In this document: piece by piece, positions 57,252-64,000 of the stretch
How the letters are laid out: each line of letters begins with the position of its first letter
Position numbering within the stretch: position 1 is the first letter of the stretch
DNA from: the human T2T-CHM13v2.0 reference genome, Homo sapiens
DNA: 64,000 bases
Assembly (NCBI RefSeq): GCF_009914755.1
Contig: NC_060926.1
Reading direction: 5' to 3' (one strand)
Position numbers and translations under genes: made by a program
Notes under the pieces: model-generated
Told to the model about the DNA's origin: nothing
Databases searched by the model: none
What the model saw: only the letters and a program-made list of their open reading frames with translations

Positions 57252-57559
57252 TTGGAGATAGGGGCTTTAAAGAGGGGATTAAAGTAAACAAGACCACATG
57301 GGCGGGGCCCCTATCCAAGGTGACTGGTGTCCTTCTGAGAAGAAGAGATGAGGACACAGATACCCAGAGGGAAGGCCATGTGAGGATACGGGACAAGATG
57401 GCATCTCCACACCAAGCAGAGAGGCCTGGAAGGAAGCAGCCCAGCTGACACCTTGCTCTCTGGCTCTTAGGCTCCAGAACAGAATGACAGGAGTCTCTGT
57501 CAGCTGGTGGCATTTGCTGCGGGGTCCCGAGCTGGCCAGTGCATCACCTAGGAGGTTCC

Positions 57560-58030
57560 CCAGCCCCCCTTGCCTCCCACCAGTCCTTCCTCACCACAGC
57601 AGCACCATGCTTCTCTGCTCCAACCACATCCCGCTTCTGTGCAGACCCCTCCAGGGGTCCACAGAGCCCTGGCAGGAGCCACAGGCCCCACCTGCTCCAC
57701 TCTGGCCACTAGCCTGCTCCTGGGCCCCAGGCCTGTCATGCTCCTCAAACACCCAGGTCCTCCCATGGCTGGGCCTCTGTCCTTGCTGTTTCCTCAGCGG
57801 GAATGCCAGTTCCTTGGTGTCCACATGGCCAGCTCCCTCACAGACTTCTTTGTCTCCAAGCCACCCCTCAGTGAGGCCTTGGAGTTCACATCCTCTACCC
57901 AGCATGTCCCATGGCCCTGGCTGTCCCCTTCCTCCTTACTGCATTGAGTCTTGTTCTAACATGCTTTGTGAGCATCCTGTGTGTGCCACCAGATCTCAGC
58001 ACCTGGACCAGGGCTGAGCACAGAGCAGAG
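57560..58030 (+). mobile_element. L2 fragment
   Basis: ctcctcaaacacccagg...gggcctctgtccttgctgtttcctcagcgggaatgcc...cagtgaggcctt. Confidence 0.5.
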
Positions 58031-60129
58031 CAGGGCATGGTGGGGGGCAGTGACTCTCCCGGGATGACTGAGGATGCCAGCCCTGCCCCACTCTTGAGGG
58101 TAGAGTGTCAGCCTGGGGCACATTAGCCTCCATTCCCAGGGCCTTGGAGCAGATTTACAAAGACAGCTAGATTGCAGAACTAGCTCCCCAAGGCCTGGCT
58201 CTTCCCATAGGAAATGAAATGGGATTTTGGAAAAGAAAAGTGGAGAAACTTGAGGGGCTGTGGCAAGGATGTGGGGTTAGTGAAAGTTTCTAGAAGTTAC
58301 CCCACCTGTGCAGACATCGGGACACAGGAGAAGATGGAATCTTCACGCCAAGCAGAGGCTGGAAGGAACCAGCCCAGTTGACACCTAGCTGGGATCAGCC
58401 AGGTATACCTGAAATCTCGACAGAAGAAGGGCTTTGGGTGGGAGAGGGGCAGGCCTAAGTCACTGCCCACTTCATCTTGGGGCACACAGGGCAGGGCAGA
58501 GCTGCCTTTGCTGAGTCACCAGGCACACTTCAACACTCCGGCCCCAGCCAGGCACCCCACAGGATTACATCAGCAGCCTCAGTTTCTTCCCCATCCCTGG
58601 CCTTTTCCTGTGAGTCCTCCTTATGGAGACCACACTCCTCCCGGGAGGGGCCTGGCCTTTAAGCCCAGGCCATGCTGAACTGCCAGTGGTCTGGATAAGC
58701 CCTTTGAAAAGGCAGGTACTTTCAAAGTGTCATTTCAGGGTTCCTGGGAAAGGCTTTGGAGTCAGACGAGTGGGGTCCTTCTGCAGGTGAAGACAGGCAA
58801 GTTATTTCCTTCTGAGCCTCAGCTGTCACCTGAGGAGGGGCACACTGGCCTGGCAGGTACAGGGGAGGGTCAAGGATTGTGTACGGGAAACTCCCGTCCT
58901 GTGGTCTGTGCTGAGTCAATCTGGGGATAGCACTGTCTACAAAAACAGCGGCAATAGCAGCGATGACAAACAGGAGGCAAGTGGGCGTCTCCAGGCCTGG
59001 GGACCTGGCTGCCGGAGACCGGATGACTGGAAAGACCACAGGCACCTGGCACAGCCACCTCCTCCTTCCTGACAGCTGTTGTGCCTGACGCCTCAAGGCC
59101 AGTGACAGTGCTGGGGCTCTGAGGTCCCCAAGTGACAGGGCTGCTCGCTGACCACAGGGTCATTTCCCCTTAAGGACCTGAATACAGCCCAGCCCTAGTC
59201 AGCCTCATGAAGGGAGAGAGGACCCTCCTCTCTCCTGGCTCTCCCCTCCCCAGGAAGCAACCACCTTCCTCTGGGGGCAAAGGACCTTCATTTCACAGGC
59301 AGCCTGTCTATGTCCAACAGAGCTTGTGGTCAAAGCGCCTTTCATGAAGGCTGCCATGTGTGTTCAATGTGTCTAGGGCTGCAGGTCTAGGGACTCCTTT
59401 TATTAACTTCAGAGCCTGACTGATGGGACAGAGAAGGCCAGAATTCCCTTTGGGAATCAAATTCCATTAGAAGTGAAGAGATTCTCTCTTGCTGGTGATG
59501 GGGTGCTCATAAGAATGGGGGGTCTCAAAGGAGAACTCTAATAGTTCTGAGGTCCCCTTGGCTGATACTTGAAGATGACAATGGCCTGTCCCTGAGGAGC
59601 CTGGAGAGACATCAGATCCAGGCCATGGTGATGCAGTGAAGCCCTCCGGGGTTGGGCCCTTGGAGGGCCATGTGGGTGACAAGCATCTCAGCCCGCCTGT
59701 CCCAGGTTTAGCTCTGAAGTTCCGTCACCCTAGCATGGTCTGGCCCCTGCAGCTCTGCACAATTGTCCACAACATCTGGCCAACACGATAGCTACAGTCA
59801 TGAACATCCCTTCTGCCCTGGCTATGGGTCCATCCCCCTCTGCTCCCACTTTTGATCTTCCTGATGAGATCAGGGTAAGGACTCCAGGGGTGGTGTCAAT
59901 TAGGCCCACGGTCAGGCCCTTGGTGCCCCCTGACCCTGGAGTGCTGCAGAGGGAGAAGGGGAGGGTGTGTGTCTCAGGATTTAATGGCTTCTAATAGACC
60001 AGAAAGCAGCAGTGCAGCCTCCAGGGAGAGGAGGTCCTCTGCCAAGGGCTTGGAGCATTTGCACAGGAAGTTATTCTAGATTCCTGGGGGAAAAAGTTGT
60101 CATTGAATGATGCCTGGATTAAGGAACTA

Positions 60130-60840
60130 TTTAGTACACTTCTTTGAATCCTAGGTCTATCATTGTGTGTAAAGCTCAGCTTGATGCTCCTCCTAAATGG
60201 GGTTTAATGCTATGTGTGTTCTCGTGGAATGCAGCTTTTTCCCTAATAAGATGCTTCCCAGATCGCCCATACCATCGTCTGTCCCTTTGGTGCAGTTGTG
60301 CTGACTGAAGTGTGGAATTCCGCCTTGTGAATGAGCCGCATTCTCTTCTGTGTGGTACCTGGGGTGTCTCCACAGTTTTGTTCTGTGAATGCTGCCATGA
60401 ACATTGTTGTCCACGCATGCTGGTACACATGTGCCAGAGTTTCTCTCAGATATATATCTAGGGGTGGTGCTGCTGGGCCTTAGGGTATGTGACTGGTCCA
60501 CATTGATACGCCAATTATTTTCCAACGTAGCTGTACCCGTGTGCCCTCCCACCAGCAGAGCGGCTGTGGTCCACACCTGCATCCTCTCTCTCTAGCACAA
60601 CCTCTCTTTAGACCCTTCAGTTTCTGCCAAATGAGTGTAAAATGGAATTTCACTGGGGCCTTGATTTGCCTTTCTCTGATCACTAATGAGGAACGACATC
60701 TTTTCTCATGTGTATTTCTTCTGTGAAATGCCTGTTTGTGTGTTTTGTTCATTTTTCTTGAGTTTTTTTTTTTAATATGGATTTGCAGCAGTTTTTTATT
60801 GATGCCCTCTTCAATCACCTTTTCATCTCTGTACTTTAGT
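60130..60840 (-). mobile_element. Ancient L1ME-like fragment
   Basis: gaatgctgccatgaacattgttgtccac...ttgatttgcctttctctgatcactaatgagg...cttctgtgaaatgcctgttt. Confidence 0.7.
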
Positions 60841-62532
60841 TTTGTGCCTGGTTTTTGTTCAACTTGATTTAGGGACTCCTCATTGAGCTGGGGGAGAAGT
60901 TTGCCCTCCAGCTTCCAGCTGGAGGAGCCGCACAGGGTGTACGTAGTGTGAGCCCAGGGAGGTGTGTCTGGGCTGGCACCTGAAACTTCTCCACCTCCTC
61001 AGATGCTACAGTGAGTGAGGGAGGTGAGCGAGGGAGCGCCCTCTGTGAGTTCACCAGCGCAGAGACTGAGCACCCAGTGCAGACATCTACCTCCCTGCCG
61101 CAGTGTGTGAGGGGTGGGACTCTTATTTTTTTTACAAAAACATTTTAATAACTTACAGGTGAAAACTTCAAAAAAAATCATACTCAGCTAAACAAATATT
61201 TTATCAAAGTTACATGTCTATGAGATTGAAGGTGTGGAAAAGCCCCACAGGACTCGCTAGGCAAGGCGGCTGTCCCTTGTCCCACCTTGCAGTTTCTGGG
61301 TCCCTGGAGGACTCCAGCCTCAGCTGTTCTTTTGATGGTGTGTTCATAGCTCTAAGTAAAATGCTTGCATGGCTAACTTTGACTTTCCAGTTTCTGGTGT
61401 TTCCCTTTTACTCCCCTCCCTGGAAGGTGGGAAAGTAGGCAATACCACACACAGATTCCCCACACTTCCAATCCCCCTTTGTCAACAACACAGTTACATC
61501 CTAATTCTGGGCCGCTTGAGAATACTATCGTTCCCACACTCCTAGGAAAAGACCCATTATTCAATAGCCATGGCAACAAGCAGCAGCAGAACCGGTTTAA
61601 AACTCTTTCAAAAGCCTTAGGAAACATGTTTTGTAGCCAACCAATCAGTGTCAGCCCCTCACTGAAACTCAGTCAATCAGGGAATGAACTACTTGACTAA
61701 ACCCAGGAGTGCCAGCCAATCAACCACAGTCTCTTTCACCCAATAACCTTCAAGGGATGGGTCATGGCATCATCCCCGGCCCGGTGGTCCACTAATTCCT
61801 GCATTCCCAGCTCTGCTTCCTCTGGGAGGCTGCCTGAGCAGCAGTGCTTTCCCTTGCTTGAGATGGCAGTAAGTTGAGCTCTGCTTTTTATTTTGGAGTT
61901 GAGGGTGGTCCCATCATCCTTGACAAGATTAACACCCAGTGTTTATACTGTGACTTTGTGACTATGTTAGGGCCTTTCACAGCCAAGCCCATTCCTGCAT
62001 AACTTTTTTGTTTTACCTGCAGTTGATGATTGCTTTCTATTTTTCACTTACTTCATTTTCTTTTTCTTGCATAACGTTTTTGTTTTGTCCAGAGTGAATA
62101 ATCATCTGTATTTTACATTTATCTTTTTTGTCCTTGTCCTTAACTGATCCCCAAACTCCTCTCCTATTGCCGGCGCCCCTTCCTGTTGGTGTACATTTCC
62201 TCTCATGGTGTTCCAGTACATTAGCTGTTCCATCCATTTCATTTTCCTGCAAAGTCTCCCTGGGAGCCCGTGACCTCCCAGCTGTCCTGGCCATTCTGGC
62301 CCTGCTGCTCAGCCATCATGGAGTCTACTTTCATTGCTGGACTGGAGACTGTCCTCAGCTTTCCGTCCCATTGGACCTCTGTTTCCTGCAGCCCTGGCAG
62401 GATGATGCCAGCCTTGATTATGTCATGCCCTTGATTTGGAAAAGCTCATTTCCTGAAGGGCTGGAAGGAAGGGTGAACGGGAGGGCAATCCGAGGGCCTG
62501 CATGTCTGAAAACGTCAGACTTGTTTGGCTGG

Positions 62533-62919
62533 TGGTATAAGCTGAATTGTGTCCCCCTGCCTCCCAAGCTTGCATGTTGAAGTCCTAACCCCAGTGCTTC
62601 CGAATGTGACTGTATTTAGAGATGGGGACTTTGAAGAGGTAATTAAGGTAAGATGAGGCTATTATGGTGGGACCTAATCTTGTCTAACTGGTGTCCTTAT
62701 ATGAAGAGAAGATCAGGACACAGGCCATATAGAGGGATGATCTCATGGGGACACAGGGAGAAGGTGGCCCTCTACAAGCCAAGGAGAGAGGCTTCAGGAG
62801 AAAGCAAACCTGCCAACACCTCAATCTTAGATGTCCATCCTCCAGAATTGTGAGAAAATAAATCTCTGTTTAAGCCAGTCTGCAATACTTTGTTACAGCA
62901 GCCCTGGCAAACTTATACA
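62533..62919 (+). mobile_element. MLT1B-like LTR
   Basis: gctgaattgtgtcccc...atgttgaagtcctaacccc...gaatgtgactgtatttagagatgggg...tgagaaaataaatctctg...ttataca. Confidence 0.85.
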
Positions 62920-63147
62920 GCGGTATAGAATTCTCTGATCAAAATGATTTTTCTATAGAATTTTGAAGATATTGCCATATGTATAGATATAGGTTTTTTT
63001 AAAACAGATTTTAGAATTACTAACAAGACTCTCTGGCATTGTGATTCCTGGATTATTACATCTAACCCAGGTCAACTTATTTTTATGTCTCTCCTGAAAG
63101 CTTATAGGATTTTCTGTTTGTCCTCAGTGCTCTGAAGTTTGAAATGT

Positions 63148-63441
63148 GGCTGGGCATAGTGGCTTACATCTGTAATCCCAGCACTTAGGGAGGCTGAGGC
63201 AGGAGGATCACTTGAGCCCAGAAGTTCGAGATCAGTCCAGGCAACATAGCAAGACCCTGTCTTTACAAAAAATCAAAACATAAGCGAGGCATGGTGTCTA
63301 GCCCTTTGTAGTCCCAGCTACACAGGAGGCTGAGGCAGGAGGATTATTTGAGCCCAGGAGTTCAAGGCCTCAGGGAGCCATGATCATGCCACTGCACTCC
63401 AGTGTGGGTGACAGAGTGATACCCTATCTCAAAAAAAAAAA
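63148..63441 (+). mobile_element. AluJ
   Basis: TSD ttgaaatgt at 63139-63147 and 63442-63450. Confidence 0.93.
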
Positions 63442-64000
63442 TTGAAATGTAATGATGTCAATCTCTTCTATCCCAAGTATTTTCAGTTTAAGTTTACTGC
63501 CTCCCACCCCAACCACCAAACTTTTCTCCCCTGGCTCAGTCCAGGCTGTGGAGAACCGTGTCTCTGGGAAACCGAGGCAGGGCTTCAGAGCTGGCAGGAG
63601 AGAGCCAGGGGGCCTCTCTTGCTAAGTGTGTCTGGCCCAGGCTGGGTGATTGCTGTCTCCCACTGGCATCTGATGGGACATCCAGGTCCTGCCTTGGTCT
63701 GTGGCGCCTGGCACTTGACACATACTCTGTGTCCTCTCTGCATGGGACCCTGAGGCCACACGTGTGCACCTGGCCATGCTGTTGCTTCTCTAGGCACAAG
63801 GCACTGAGGAGGCTGACTCAGGCCTTCTCTGTTGCCTCCTGGGGTCTCTACAGGAAATGTTCTCACAGCTCTGGGGGTGCCCTGAGCTTGTCTGGTGGTT
63901 GAGTCATGCCTACTTTTGCAGCTGAGCTGGAGGGCGGAGGGCTGAGGGACAGGAGGTCTTCAGTGACACCAGCTCTGTGGCTCCCAACCCCGCCCTCCTC

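Larger units (their letters stand above)
55177..57543 (+). mobile_element. MLT1B-like LTR split by the ISCA1 retrocopy
   Basis: tgtagtgggatgaattgtg...acctcagaatgtgactgtatttggagatagggg continues after 57252 with tttaaagaggggattaa...gactggtgtccttctgagaagaagaga. Confidence 0.8.

Noticed and set aside
58722-59096. Small membrane protein (hydrophobic stretch CLLFVIAAIAAVFV)
   Set aside because: Non-ATG start, no recognisable homology, and a short hydrophobic run that could arise by chance. The possible splice into the ISCA1 copy is out of frame.
61480-61925. Possible ancient LTR (two CCAAT boxes, ends ...tgaca)
   Set aside because: I could not define the boundaries, a TSD or the family with confidence.

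Overview
Primate (most likely human) genomic DNA. It is GC-rich and dense in repeats (Alu, L1, L2, MIR, MaLR and ERV LTRs, DNA transposons), and I could not recognise any intact protein-coding gene. The only gene-derived feature is a near full-length processed pseudogene of ISCA1 on the minus strand (~55275-57251). It carries one nonsense codon and is inserted into an MLT1 LTR with a 17-bp target-site duplication. Other notable structures: a ~1.4-kb G-rich 30/34-bp VNTR (8625-10066) that explains the three longest ORFs; a non-repeat-looking inverted duplication (11974-12234 vs 13084-13352) with a near-identical 77-bp core; a MER52 LTR nested in LTR8A; solo LTR7C, LTR18-like, MST and MLT2 LTRs with TSDs; and a CpG island with promoter and first-exon features (~31050-31720). 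I see no evidence for a new multi-gene system. Repeat subfamily names come from remembered consensus sequences and need RepeatMasker/Dfam confirmation. I could not assign the chromosomal locus from sequence alone.
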